NCBI GenBank assembly: GCA_964057225.1
Contig: OZ059897.1
Location: 20,584,001 to 20,648,000, forward strand
Direction of reading: 5' to 3'
DNA from: Auanema rhodensis
Lineage: Eukaryota > Animalia > Nematoda
Length of the DNA stretch: 64,000 nucleotides
Below, one piece after another: positions 26,001 through 39,659 of the stretch. Both the position numbers and the translations under genes were made by a program. Every line of letters begins with the position of its first letter. Position 1 is the first letter of the stretch. Under the pieces are notes generated by a model that saw only the letters and a program-made list of their open reading frames with translations, searched no databases and had not been told where the DNA came from.

Positions 26001-29000
26001 TTTCAAAATAATTTAGCAAAAAGTAGATGTTTTTAGATTCCTTTTTTCAAGGCAAAGACGATGGACAATGTTATTTAACGAAAAAATTAATTCTTCAGGG
26101 TGAAAATCGAGGATATAAGTGTAAACTTATATCAGTTGATATCTCGGTGCATTTTTAAGCTAGCGCAAATCTGATAACACAGATCGACGCAGCTTAAAAA
26201 TCCGCATCGAATGCACTATACTACATTGAGAAACGCTTAATACAAAAATTAGTTATGATCGTTTGAAAAATGATGCATTAGTGTATGTTGAGTTTCCATG
26301 TACACTCAACATTGCTTCCAAAAACATTTTGACAAAAATTTTTTCGAAAAATTTCAAAATAATTTAGCAAAAAGTAGATGTTTTTAGATTCCTTTTTTCA
26401 AGGCAAAGACGATGGACAATGTTATTCAACGAAAAAATTAATTCTTCAGGGTGAAAATCGAGGATATAAGTGTAAACTTATATCAGTTGATATCTCGGTG
26501 CATTTTTAAGCTAGCGCAAATCTGATAACACAGATCGACGCAGCTTAAAAATCCGCATCGAATGCACTATACTACATTGAGAAACGCTTAATACAAAAAT
26601 TAGTTATGATCGTTTGAAAAATGATGCATTAGTGTATGTTGAGTTTCCATGTACACTCAACATTGCTTCCAAAAACATTTTGACAAAAATTTTTTCGGAA
26701 AATTTCAAAATAATTTAGCAAAAAGTAGATGTTTTTAGATTCCTTATTTCAAGGCAAAGACGATGGACAATGTTATTTAACGAAAAAATTAATTCTTTAG
26801 GGTGAAAATCGAGGATATAAGTGTAAACTTATATCAGTTGATATCTCGGTGCATTTTTAAGCTAGCGCAAATCTGATAACACAGATCGACGCAGCTTAAA
26901 AATCCGCATCGAATGCATTATACTACATGGAAGAACGCTTAATACAAAAATTAGTTATGATCGTTTGAAAAATGATGCATTAGTGTATGTTGAGATTCCA
27001 TGTACACTCAACATTGCTTCCAAAAACATTTTGACAAAAATTTTTTCGAAAAATTTCAAAATAATTTAGCAAAAAGTAGATGTTTTTAGATTCCTTTTTT
27101 CAAGGCAAAGACGATGGACAATGTTATTCAACGAAAAAATTAATTCTTCAGGGTGAAAATCGAGGATATAAGTGTAAACTTATATCAGTTGATATCTCGG
27201 TGCATTTTTAAGCTAGCGCAAATCTGATAACACAGATCGACGCAGCTTAAAAATCCGCATCGAATGCACTATACTACATTGAGAAACGCTTAATACAAAA
27301 ATTAGTTATGATCGTTTGAAAAATGATGCATTAGTGTATGTTGAGTTTCCATGTACACTCAACATTGCTTCCAAAAACATTTTGACAAAAATTTTTTCGG
27401 AAAATTTCAAAATAATTTAGCAAAAAGTAGATGTTTTTAGATTCCTTATTTCAAGGCAAAGACGATGGACAATGTTATTTAACGAAAAAATTAATTCTTT
27501 AGGGTGAAAATCGAGGATATAAGTGTAAACTTATATCAGTTGATATCTCGGTGCATTTTTAAGCTAGCGCAAATCTGATAACACAGATCGACGCAGCTTA
27601 AAAATCCGCATCGAATGCATTATACTACATGGAAGAACGCTTAATACAAAAATTAGTTATGATCGTTTGAAAAATGATGCATTAGTGTATGTTGAGATTC
27701 CATGTACACTCAACATTGCTTCCAAAAACATTTTGACAAAAATTTTTTCGAAAAATTTCAAAATAATTTAGCAAAAAGTAGATGTTTTTAGATTCCTTTT
27801 TCAAGGCAAAGACGATGGACAATGTTATTCAACGAAAAAATTAATTCTTCAGGGTGAAAATCGAGGATATAAGTGTGAACTTATATCAGTTGATATCTCG
27901 GTACATTTTTAAGCTAGCGCAAATCTGATAACACAGATCGACGCAGCTTAAAAATCCGCATCGAATGCATTATACTACATGGAAGAACGCTTAATACAAA
28001 AATTAGTTATGATCGTTTGGAAAATGATGCATTAGTGTATGTTGAGATTCCATGTACACTCAACATTGCTTCCAAAAACATTTTGACAAAAATTTTTTCG
28101 AAAAATTTCAAAATAATTTAGCAAAAAGTAGATGTTTTTAGATTCCTTTTTTCAAGGCAAAGACGATGGACAATGTTATTCAACGAAAAAATTATTTCTT
28201 CAGGGTGAAAATCGAGGATATAAGTGTGAACTTATATCAGTTGATATCTCGGTGCATTTTTAAGCTAGCGCAAATCTGATAACACAGATCGACGCAGCTT
28301 AAAAATCCGCATCGAATGCACTATACTACATTGAGAAACGCTCAATACAAAAATTAGTTATGATCGTTTGAAAAATGATGCATTAGTGTATGTTGAGTTT
28401 CCATGTACACTCAACATTGCTTCCAAAAACATTTTGACAAAAATTTTTTCGAAAAATTTCAAAATAATTTAGCAAAAAGTAGATGTTTTTAGATTCCTTT
28501 TTTCAAGGCAAAGACGATGGACAATGTTATTTAACGAAAAAATTAATTCTTCAGGGTGAAAATCGAGGATATAAGTGTAAACTTATATCAGTTGATATCT
28601 CGGTACATTTTTAAGCTAGCGCAAATCTGATAACACAGATCGACGCAGCTTAAAAATCCGCATCGAATGCACTATACTACATGGAAGAACGCTTAATACA
28701 AAAATTAGTTATGATCGTTTGGAAAATGATGCATTAGTGTATGTTGAGTTTCCATGTACACTCAACATTGCTTCCAAAAACATTTTGACAAAAATTTTTT
28801 CGAAAAATTTCAAAATAATTTAGCAAAAAGTAGATGTTTTTAGATTCCTTTTTTCAAGGCAAAGACGATGGACAATGTTATTTAAGGAAAAAATTAATTC
28901 TTCAGGGTGAAAATCGAGGATATAAGTGTGAACTTATATCAGTTGATATCTCGGTGCATTTTTAAGCTAGCGCAAATCTGATAACACAGATCGACGCAGC

Positions 29001-32000
29001 TTAAAAATCCGCATCGAATGCACTATACTACATAGAAGAACGCTTAATACAAAAATTAGTTATGATCGTTTGAAAAATGATGCATTAGTGTATGTTGAGT
29101 TTCCATGTACACTCAACATTGCTTCCAAAAACATTTTGACAAAAATTTTTTCGAAAAATTTCAAAATAATTTAGCAAAAAGTAGATGTTTTTAGATTCCT
29201 TTTTTCAAGGCAAAGACGATGGACAATGTTATTCAACGAAAAAATTAATTCTTCAGGGTGAAAATCGAGGATATAAGTGTGAACTTATATCAGTTGATAT
29301 CTCGGTGCATTTTTAAGCTAGCGCAAATCTGATAACACAGATCGACGCAGCTTAAAAATCCGCATCGAATGCACTATACTACATTGAGAAACGCTCAATA
29401 CAAAAATTAGTTATGATCGTTTGAAAAATGATGCATTAGTGTATGTTGAGTTTCCATGTACACTCAACATTGCTTCCAAAAACATTTTGACAAAAATTTT
29501 TTCGAAAAATTTCAAAATAATTTAGCAAAAAGTAGATGTTTTTAGATTCCTTTTTTCAAGGCAAAGACGATGGACAATGTTATTTAACGAAAAAATTAAT
29601 TCTTCAGGGTGAAAATCGAGGATATAAGTGTAAACTTATATCAGTTGATATCTCGGTGCATTTTTAAGCTAGCGCAAATCTGATAACACAGATCGACGCA
29701 GCTTAAAAATCCGCATCGAATGCACTATACTACATTGAGAAACGCTTAATACAAAAATTAGTTATGATCGTTTGAAAAATGATGCATTAGTGTATGTTGA
29801 GTTTCCATGTACACTCAACATTGCTTCCAAAAACATTTTGACAAAAATTTTTTCGAAAAATTTCAAAATAATTTAGCAAAAAGTAGATGTTTTTAGATTC
29901 CTTTTTTCAAGGCAAAGACGATGGACAATGTTATTCAACGAAAAAATTAATTCTTCAGGGTGAAAATCGAGGATATAAGTGTAAACTTATATCAGTTGAT
30001 ATCTCGGTGCATTTTTAAGCTAGCGCAAATCTGATAACACAGATCGACGCAGCTTAAAAATCCGCATCGAATGCACTATACTACATTGAGAAACGCTTAA
30101 TACAAAAATTAGTTATGATCGTTTGAAAAATGATGCATTAGTGTATGTTGAGTTTCCATGTACACTCAACATTGCTTCCAAAAACATTTTGACAAAAATT
30201 TTTTCGGAAAATTTCAAAATAATTTAGCAAAAAGTAGATGTTTTTAGATTCCTTATTTCAAGGCAAAGACGATGGACAATGTTATTTAACGAAAAAATTA
30301 ATTCTTTAGGGTGAAAATCGAGGATATAAGTGTAAACTTATATCAGTTGATATCTCGGTGCATTTTTAAGCTAGCGCAAATCTGATAACACAGATCGACG
30401 CAGCTTAAAAATCCGCATCGAATGCATTATACTACATGGAAGAACGCTTAATACAAAAATTAGTTATGATCGTTTGAAAAATGATGCATTAGTGTATGTT
30501 GAGATTCCATGTACACTCAACATTGCTTCCAAAAACATTTTGACAAAAATTTTTTCGAAAAATTTCAAAATAATTTAGCAAAAAGTAGATGTTTTTAGAT
30601 TCCTTTTTTCAAGGCAAAGACGATGGACAATGTTATTTAACGAAAAAATTAATTCTTCAGGGTGAAAATCGAGGATATAAGTGTAAACTTATATCAGTTG
30701 ATATCTCGGTACATTTTTAAGCTAGCGCAAATCTGATAACACAGATCGACGCAGCTTAAAAATCCGCATCGAATGCACTATACGACATTGAGAAACGCTT
30801 AATACAAAAATTAGTTATGATCGTTTGAAAAATGATGCATTAGTGTATGTTGAGTTTCCATGTACACTCAACATTGCTTCCAAAAACATTTTGACAAAAA
30901 TTTTTTCGAAAAATTTCAAAATAATTTAGCAAAAAGTAGATGTTTTTAGATTCCTTTTTTCAAGGCAAAGACGATGGACAATGTTATTTAAGGAAAAAAT
31001 TAATTCTTCAGGGTGAAAATCGAGGATATAAGTGTAAACTTATATCAGTTGATATCTCGGTACATTTTTAAGCTAGCGCAAATCTGATAACACAGATCGA
31101 CGCAGCTTAAAAATCCGCATCGAATGCACTATACTACATGGAAGAACGCTTAATACAAAAATTAGTTATGATCGTTTGGAAAATGATGCATTAGTGTATG
31201 TTGAGTTTCCATGTACACTCAACATTGCTTCCAAAAACATTTTGACAAAAATTTTTTCGAAAAATTTCAAAATAATTTAGCAAAAAGTAGATGTTTTTAG
31301 ATTCCTTTTTTCAAGGCAAAGACGATGGACAATGTTATTTAAGGAAAAAATTAATTCTTCAGGGTGAAAATCGAGGATATAAGTGTGAACTTATATCAGT
31401 TGATATCTCGGTGCATTTTTAAGCTAGCGCAAATCTGATAACACAGATCGACGCAGCTTAAAAATCCGCATCGAATGCACTATACTACATAGAAGAACGC
31501 TTAATACAAAAATTAGTTATGATCGTTTGAAAAATGATGCATTAGTGTATGTTGAGTTTCCATGTACACTCAACATTGCTTCCAAAAACATTTTGACAAA
31601 AATTTTTTCGAAAAATTTCAAAATAATTTAGCAAAAAGTAGATGTTTTTAGATTCCTTTTTTCAAGGCAAAGACGATGGACAATGTTATTCAACGAAAAA
31701 ATTAATTCTTCAGGGTGAAAATCGAGGATATAAGTGTGAACTTATATCAGTTGATATCTCGGTGCATTTTTAAGCTAGCGCAAATCTGATAACACAGATC
31801 GACGCAGCTTAAAAATCCGCATCGAATGCACTATACTACATTGAGAAACGCTCAATACAAAAATTAGTTATGATCGTTTGAAAAATGATGCATTAGTGTA
31901 TGTTGAGTTTCCATGTACACTCAACATTGCTTCCAAAAACATTTTGACAAAAATTTTTTCGGAAAATTTCAAAATAATTTAGCAAAAAGTAGATGTTTTT

Positions 32001-32641
32001 AGATTCCTTATTTCAAGGCAAAGACGATGGACAATGTTATTTAACGAAAAAATTAATTCTTTAGGGTGAAAATCGAGGATATAAGTGTAAACTTATATCA
32101 GTTGATATCTCGGTGCATTTTTAAGCTAGCGCAAATCTGATAACACAGATCGACGCAGCTTAAAAATCCGCATCGAATGCATTATACTACATGGAAGAAC
32201 GCTTAATACAAAAATTAGTTATGATCGTTTGAAAAATGATGCATTAGTGTATGTTGAGATTCCATGTACACTCAACATTGCTTCCAAAAACATTTTGACA
32301 AAAATTTTTTCGAAAAATTTCAAAATAATTTAGCAAAAAGTAGATGTTTTTAGATTCCTTTTTTCAAGGCAAAGACGATGGACAATGTTATTCAACGAAA
32401 AAATTAATTCTTCAGGGTGAAAATCGAGGATATAAGTGTAAACTTATATCAGTTGATATCTCGGTGCATTTTTAAGCTAGCGCAAATCTGATAACACAGA
32501 TCGACGCAGCTTAAAAATCCGCATCGAATGCACTATACTACATTGAGAAACGCTTAATACAAAAATTAGTTATGATCGTTTGAAAAATGATGCATTAGTG
32601 TATGTTGAGTTTCCATGTACACTCAACATTGCTTCCAAAAA

Positions 32642-35600
32642 CATTTTGACAAAAATTTTTTCGGAAAATTTCAAAATAATTTAGCAAAAAGTAGATGTTT
32701 TTAGATTCCTTATTTCAAGGCAAAGACGATGGACAATGTTATTTAACGAAAAAATTAATTCTTTAGGGTGAAAATCGAGGATATAAGTGTAAACTTATAT
32801 CAGTTGATATCTCGGTGCATTTTTAAGCTAGCGCAAATCTGATAACACAGATCGACGCAGCTTAAAAATCCGCATCGAATGCATTATACTACATGGAAGA
32901 ACGCTTAATACAAAAATTAGTTATGATCGTTTGAAAAATGATGCATTAGTGTATGTTGAGATTCCATGTACACTCAACATTGCTTCCAAAAACATTTTGA
33001 CAAAAATTTTTTCGAAAAATTTCAAAATAATTTAGCAAAAAGTAGATGTTTTTAGATTCCTTTTTTCAAGGCAAAGACGATGGACAATGTTATTCAACGA
33101 AAAAATTAATTCTTCAGGGTGAAAATCGAGGATATAAGTGTGAACTTATATCAGTTGATATCTCGGTACATTTTTAAGCTAGCGCAAATCTGATAACACA
33201 GATCGACGCAGCTTAAAAATCCGCATCGAATGCATTATACTACATGGAAGAACGCTTAATACAAAAATTAGTTATGATCGTTTGAAAAATGATGCATTAG
33301 TGTATGTTGAGATTCCATGTACACTCAACATTGCTTCCAAAAACATTTTGACAAAAATTTTTTCGAAAAATTTCAAAATAATTTAGCAAAAAGTAGATGT
33401 TTTTAGATTCCTTTTTCAAGGCAAAGACGATGGACAATGTTATTCAACGAAAAAATTAATTCTTCAGGGTGAAAATCGAGGATATAAGTGTGAACTTATA
33501 TCAGTTGATATCTCGGTACATTTTTAAGCTAGCGCAAATCTGATAACACAGATCGACGCAGCTTAAAAATCCGCATCGAATGCATTATACTACATGGAAG
33601 AACGCTTAATACAAAAATTAGTTATGATCGTTTGGAAAATGATGCATTAGTGTATGTTGAGATTCCATGTACACTCAACATTGCTTCCAAAAACATTTTG
33701 ACAAAAATTTTTTCGAAAAATTTCAAAATAATTTAGCAAAAAGTAGATGTTTTTAGATTCCTTTTTTCAAGGCAAAGACGATGGACAATGTTATTTAACG
33801 AAAAAATTAATTCTTCAGGGTGAAAATCGAGGATATAAGTGTGAACTTATATCCGTTGATATCTCGGTGCATTTTTAAGCTAGCGCAAATCTGATAACAC
33901 AGATCGACGCAGCTTAAAAATCCGCATCGAATGCACTATACTACATTGAGAAACGCTTAATACAAAAATTAGTTATGATCGTTTGAAAAATGATGCATTA
34001 GTGTATGTTGAGTTTCCATGTACACTCAACATTGCTTCCAAAAACATTTTGACAAAAATTTTTTCGAAAAATTTCAAAATAATTTAGCAAAAAGTAGATG
34101 TTTTTAGATTCCTTTTTTCAAGGCAAAGACGATGGACAATGTTATTTAACGAAAAAATTAATTCTTCAGGGTGAAAATCGAGGATATAAGTGTGAACTTA
34201 TATCAGTTGATATCTCGGTGCATTTTTAAGCTAGCGCAAATCTGATAACACAGATCGACGCAGCTTAAAAATCCGCATCGAATGCACTATACTACATTGA
34301 AAAACGCTTAATACAAAAATTAGTTATGATCGTTTGAAAAATGATGCATTAGTGTATGTTGAGTTTCCATGTACACTCAACATTGCTTCCAAAAACATTT
34401 TGACAAAAATTTTTTCGAAAAATTTCAAAATAATTTAGCAAAAAGTAGATGTTTTTAGATTCCTTTTTTCAAGGCAAAGACGATGGACAATGTTATTTAA
34501 CGAAAAAATTAATTCTTTAGGGTGAAAATCGAGGATATAAGTGTAAACTTATATCAGTTGATATCTCGGTGCATTTTTAAGCTAGCGCAAATCTGATAAC
34601 ACAGATCGACGCAGCTTAAAAATCCGCATCGAATGCACTATACGACATTGAGAAACGCTTAATACAAAAATTAGTTATGATCGTTTGAAAAATGATGCAT
34701 TAGTGTATGTTGAGTTTCCATGTACACTCAACATTGCTTCCAAAAACATTTTGACAAAAATTTTTTCGAAAAATTTCAAAATAATTTAGCAAAAAGTAGA
34801 TGTTTTTAGATTCCTTTTTTCAAGGCAAAGACGATGGACAATGTTATTCAACGAAAAAATTAATTCTTCAGGGTGAAAATCGAGGATATAAGTGTGAACT
34901 TATATCAGTTGATATCTCGGTACATTTTTAAGCTAGCGCAAATCTGATAACACAGATCGACGCAGCTTAAAAATCTGCATCGAATGCACTATACTACATG
35001 GAAGAATGCTTAATACAAAAATTAGTTATGATCGTTTGAAAAATGATGCATTAGTGTATGTTGAGTTTCCATGTACACTCAACATTGCTTCCAAAAACAT
35101 TTTGACAAAAATTTTTTCGGAAAATTTCAAAATAATTTAGCAAAAAGTAGATGTTTTTAGATTCCTTATTTCAAGGCAAAGACGATGGACAATGTTATTT
35201 AACGAAAAAATTAATTCTTTAGGGTGAAAATCGAGGATATAAGTGTAAACTTATATCAGTTGATATCTCGGTGCATTTTTAAGCTAGCGCAAATCTGATA
35301 ACACAGATCGACGCAGCTTAAAAATCCGCATCGAATGCATTATACTACATGGAAGAACGCTTAATACAAAAATTAGTTATGATCGTTTGAAAAATGATGC
35401 ATTAGTGTATGTTGAGATTCCATGTACACTCAACATTGCTTCCAAAAACATTTTGACAAAAATTTTTTCGAAAAATTTCAAAATAATTTAGCAAAAAGTA
35501 GATGTTTTTAGATTCCTTTTTTCAAGGCAAAGACGATGGACAATGTTATTCAACGAAAAAATTAATTCTTCAGGGTGAAAATCGAGGATATAAGTGTGAA

Positions 35601-37553
35601 CTTATATCAGTTGATATCTCGGTACATTTTTAAGCTAGCGCAAATCTGATAACACAGATCGACGCAGCTTAAAAATCCGCATCGAATGCATTATACTACA
35701 TGGAAGAACGCTTAATACAAAAATTAGTTATGATCGTTTGAAAAATGATGCATTAGTGTATGTTGAGATTCCATGTACACTCAACATTGCTTCCAAAAAC
35801 ATTTTGACAAAAATTTTTTCGAAAAATTTCAAAATAATTTAGCAAAAAGTAGATGTTTTTAGATTCCTTTTTCAAGGCAAAGACGATGGACAATGTTATT
35901 CAACGAAAAAATTAATTCTTCAGGGTGAAAATCGAGGATATAAGTGTGAACTTATATCAGTTGATATCTCGGTACATTTTTAAGCTAGCGCAAATCTGAT
36001 AACACAGATCGACGCAGCTTAAAAATCCGCATCGAATGCATTATACTACATGGAAGAACGCTTAATACAAAAATTAGTTATGATCGTTTGGAAAATGATG
36101 CATTAGTGTATGTTGAGATTCCATGTACACTCAACATTGCTTCCAAAAACATTTTGACAAAAATTTTTTCGAAAAATTTCAAAATAATTTAGCAAAAAGT
36201 AGATGTTTTTAGATTCCTTTTTTCAAGGCAAAGACGATGGACAATGTTATTTAACGAAAAAATTAATTCTTCAGGGTGAAAATCGAGGATATAAGTGTGA
36301 ACTTATATCCGTTGATATCTCGGTGCATTTTTAAGCTAGCGCAAATCTGATAACACAGATCGACGCAGCTTAAAAATCCGCATCGAATGCACTATACTAC
36401 ATTGAGAAACGCTTAATACAAAAATTAGTTATGATCGTTTGAAAAATGATGCATTAGTGTATGTTGAGTTTCCATGTACACTCAACATTGCTTCCAAAAA
36501 CATTTTGACAAAAATTTTTTCGAAAAATTTCAAAATAATTTAGCAAAAAGTAGATGTTTTTAGATTCCTTTTTTCAAGGCAAAGACGATGGACAATGTTA
36601 TTTAACGAAAAAATTAATTCTTCAGGGTGAAAATCGAGGATATAAGTGTGAACTTATATCAGTTGATATCTCGGTGCATTTTTAAGCTAGCGCAAATCTG
36701 ATAACACAGATCGACGCAGCTTAAAAATCCGCATCGAATGCACTATACTACATTGAAAAACGCTTAATACAAAAATTAGTTATGATCGTTTGAAAAATGA
36801 TGCATTAGTGTATGTTGAGTTTCCATGTACACTCAACATTGCTTCCAAAAACATTTTGACAAAAATTTTTTCGAAAAATTTCAAAATAATTTAGCAAAAA
36901 GTAGATGTTTTTAGATTCCTTTTTTCAAGGCAAAGACGATGGACAATGTTATTTAACGAAAAAATTAATTCTTTAGGGTGAAAATCGAGGATATAAGTGT
37001 AAACTTATATCAGTTGATATCTCGGTGCATTTTTAAGCTAGCGCAAATCTGATAACACAGATCGACGCAGCTTAAAAATCCGCATCGAATGCACTATACG
37101 ACATTGAGAAACGCTTAATACAAAAATTAGTTATGATCGTTTGAAAAATGATGCATTAGTGTATGTTGAGTTTCCATGTACACTCAACATTGCTTCCAAA
37201 AACATTTTGACAAAAATTTTTTCGAAAAATTTCAAAATAATTTAGCAAAAAGTAGATGTTTTTAGATTCCTTTTTTCAAGGCAAAGACGATGGACAATGT
37301 TATTCAACGAAAAAATTAATTCTTCAGGGTGAAAATCGAGGATATAAGTGTGAACTTATATCAGTTGATATCTCGGTACATTTTTAAGCTAGCGCAAATC
37401 TGATAACACAGATCGACGCAGCTTAAAAATCTGCATCGAATGCACTATACTACATGGAAGAATGCTTAATACAAAAATTAGTTATGATCGTTTGGAAAAT
37501 GATGCATTAGTGTATGTTGAGTTTCCATGTACACTCAACATTGCTTCCAAAAA
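32642..37553. repeat. Tandem 7-mer higher-order duplication (32642-35097 / 35098-37553; 2456 bp, includes a 1-bp deletion)
   Basis: The T5 deletion lies at 33412 and 35868. The ATCCG, TGAAAAAC and TCTGC/GAATGC variants repeat in the same order. Confidence 0.92.
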
Positions 37554-39659
37554 CATTTTGACAAAAATTTTTTCGAAAAATTTCAAAATAATTTAGCAAA
37601 AAGTAGATGTTTTTAGATTCCTTTTTTCAAGGCAAAGACGATGGACAATGTTATTCAACGAAAAAATTATTTCTTCAGGGTGAAAATCGAGGATATAAGT
37701 GTAAACTTATATCAGTTGATATCTTGGTGCATTTCTAAGCTAGCGCAAATCTGATAACACAGATCGACGCAGCTTAAAAATCCGCATCGAATGCACTATA
37801 CTACATTGAGAAACGCTTAATACAAAAATTAGTTATGATCGTTTGAAAAATGATGCATTAGTGTATGTTGAGTTTCCATGTACACTCAACATTGCTTCCA
37901 AAAACATTTTGACAAAAATTTTTTCGAAAAATTTCAAAATAATTTAGCAAAAAGTAGATGTTTTTAGATTCCTTTTTTCAAGGCAAAGACGATGGACAAT
38001 GTTATTCAACGAAAAAATTATTTCTTCAGGGTGAAAATCGAGGATATAAGTGTAAACTTATATCAGTTGATATCTTGGTGCATTTCTAAGCTAGCGCAAA
38101 TCTGATAACACAGATCGACGCAGCTTAAAAATCCGCATCGAATGCACTATACTACATTGAGAAACGCTTAATACAAAAATTAGTTATGATCGTTTGAAAA
38201 ATGATGCATTAGTGTATGTTGAGTTTCCATGTACACTCAACATTGCTTCCAAAAACATTTTGACAAAAATTTTTTCGAAAAATTTCAAAATAATTTAGCA
38301 AAAAGTAGATGTTTTTAGATTCCTTTTTTCAAGGCAAAGACGATGGACAATGTTATTTAACGAAAAAATTAATTCTTTAGGGTGAAAATCGAGGATATAA
38401 GTGTAAACTTATATCAGTTGATATCTCGGTGCATTTTTAAGCTAGCGCAAATCTGATAACACAGATCGACGCAGCTTAAAAATCCGCATCGAATGCACTA
38501 TACGACATTGAGAAACGCTTAATACAAAAATTAGTTATGATCGTTTGAAAAATGATGCATTAGTGTATGTTGAGTTTCCATGTACACTCAACATTGCTTC
38601 CAAAAACATTTTGACAAAAATTTTTTCGAAAAATTTCAAAATAATTTAGCAAAAAGTAGATGTTTTTAGATTCCTTTTTTCAAGGCAAAGACGATGGACA
38701 ATGTTATTCAACGAAAAAATTAATTCTTCAGGGTGAAAATCGAGGATATAAGTGTGAACTTATATCAGTTGATATCTCGGTACATTTTTAAGCTAGCGCA
38801 AATCTGATAACACAGATCGACGCAGCTTAAAAATCTGCATCGAATGCACTATACTACATGGAAGAATGCTTAATACAAAAATTAGTTATGATCGTTTGGA
38901 AAATGATGCATTAGTGTATGTTGAGTTTCCATGTACACTCAACATTGCTTCCAAAAACATTTTGACAAAAATTTTTTCGAAAAATTTCAAAATAATTTAG
39001 CAAAAAGTAGATGTTTTTAGATTCCTTTTTTCAAGGCAAAGACGATGGACAATGTTATTCAACGAAAAAATTATTTCTTCAGGGTGAAAATCGAGGATAT
39101 AAGTGTAAACTTATATCAGTTGATATCTTGGTGCATTTCTAAGCTAGCGCAAATCTGATAACACAGATCGACGCAGCTTAAAAATCCGCATCGAATGCAC
39201 TATACTACATTGAGAAACGCTTAATACAAAAATTAGTTATGATCGTTTGAAAAATGATGCATTAGTGTATGTTGAGTTTCCATGTACACTCAACATTGCT
39301 TCCAAAAACATTTTGACAAAAATTTTTTCGAAAAATTTCAAAATAATTTAGCAAAAAGTAGATGTTTTTAGATTCCTTTTTTCAAGGCAAAGACGATGGA
39401 CAATGTTATTCAACGAAAAAATTATTTCTTCAGGGTGAAAATCGAGGATATAAGTGTAAACTTATATCAGTTGATATCTTGGTGCATTTCTAAGCTAGCG
39501 CAAATCTGATAACACAGATCGACGCAGCTTAAAAATCCGCATCGAATGCACTATACTACATTGAGAAACGCTTAATACAAAAATTAGTTATGATCGTTTG
39601 AAAAATGATGCATTAGTGTATGTTGAGTTTCCATGTACACTCAACATTGCTTCCAAAAA
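36852..39659. repeat. Tandem 4-mer duplication (1404 bp)
   Basis: TCTGC lies at about 37431 and about 38835, each followed by two TCTTGG/TTCTAAG monomers. Confidence 0.85.
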
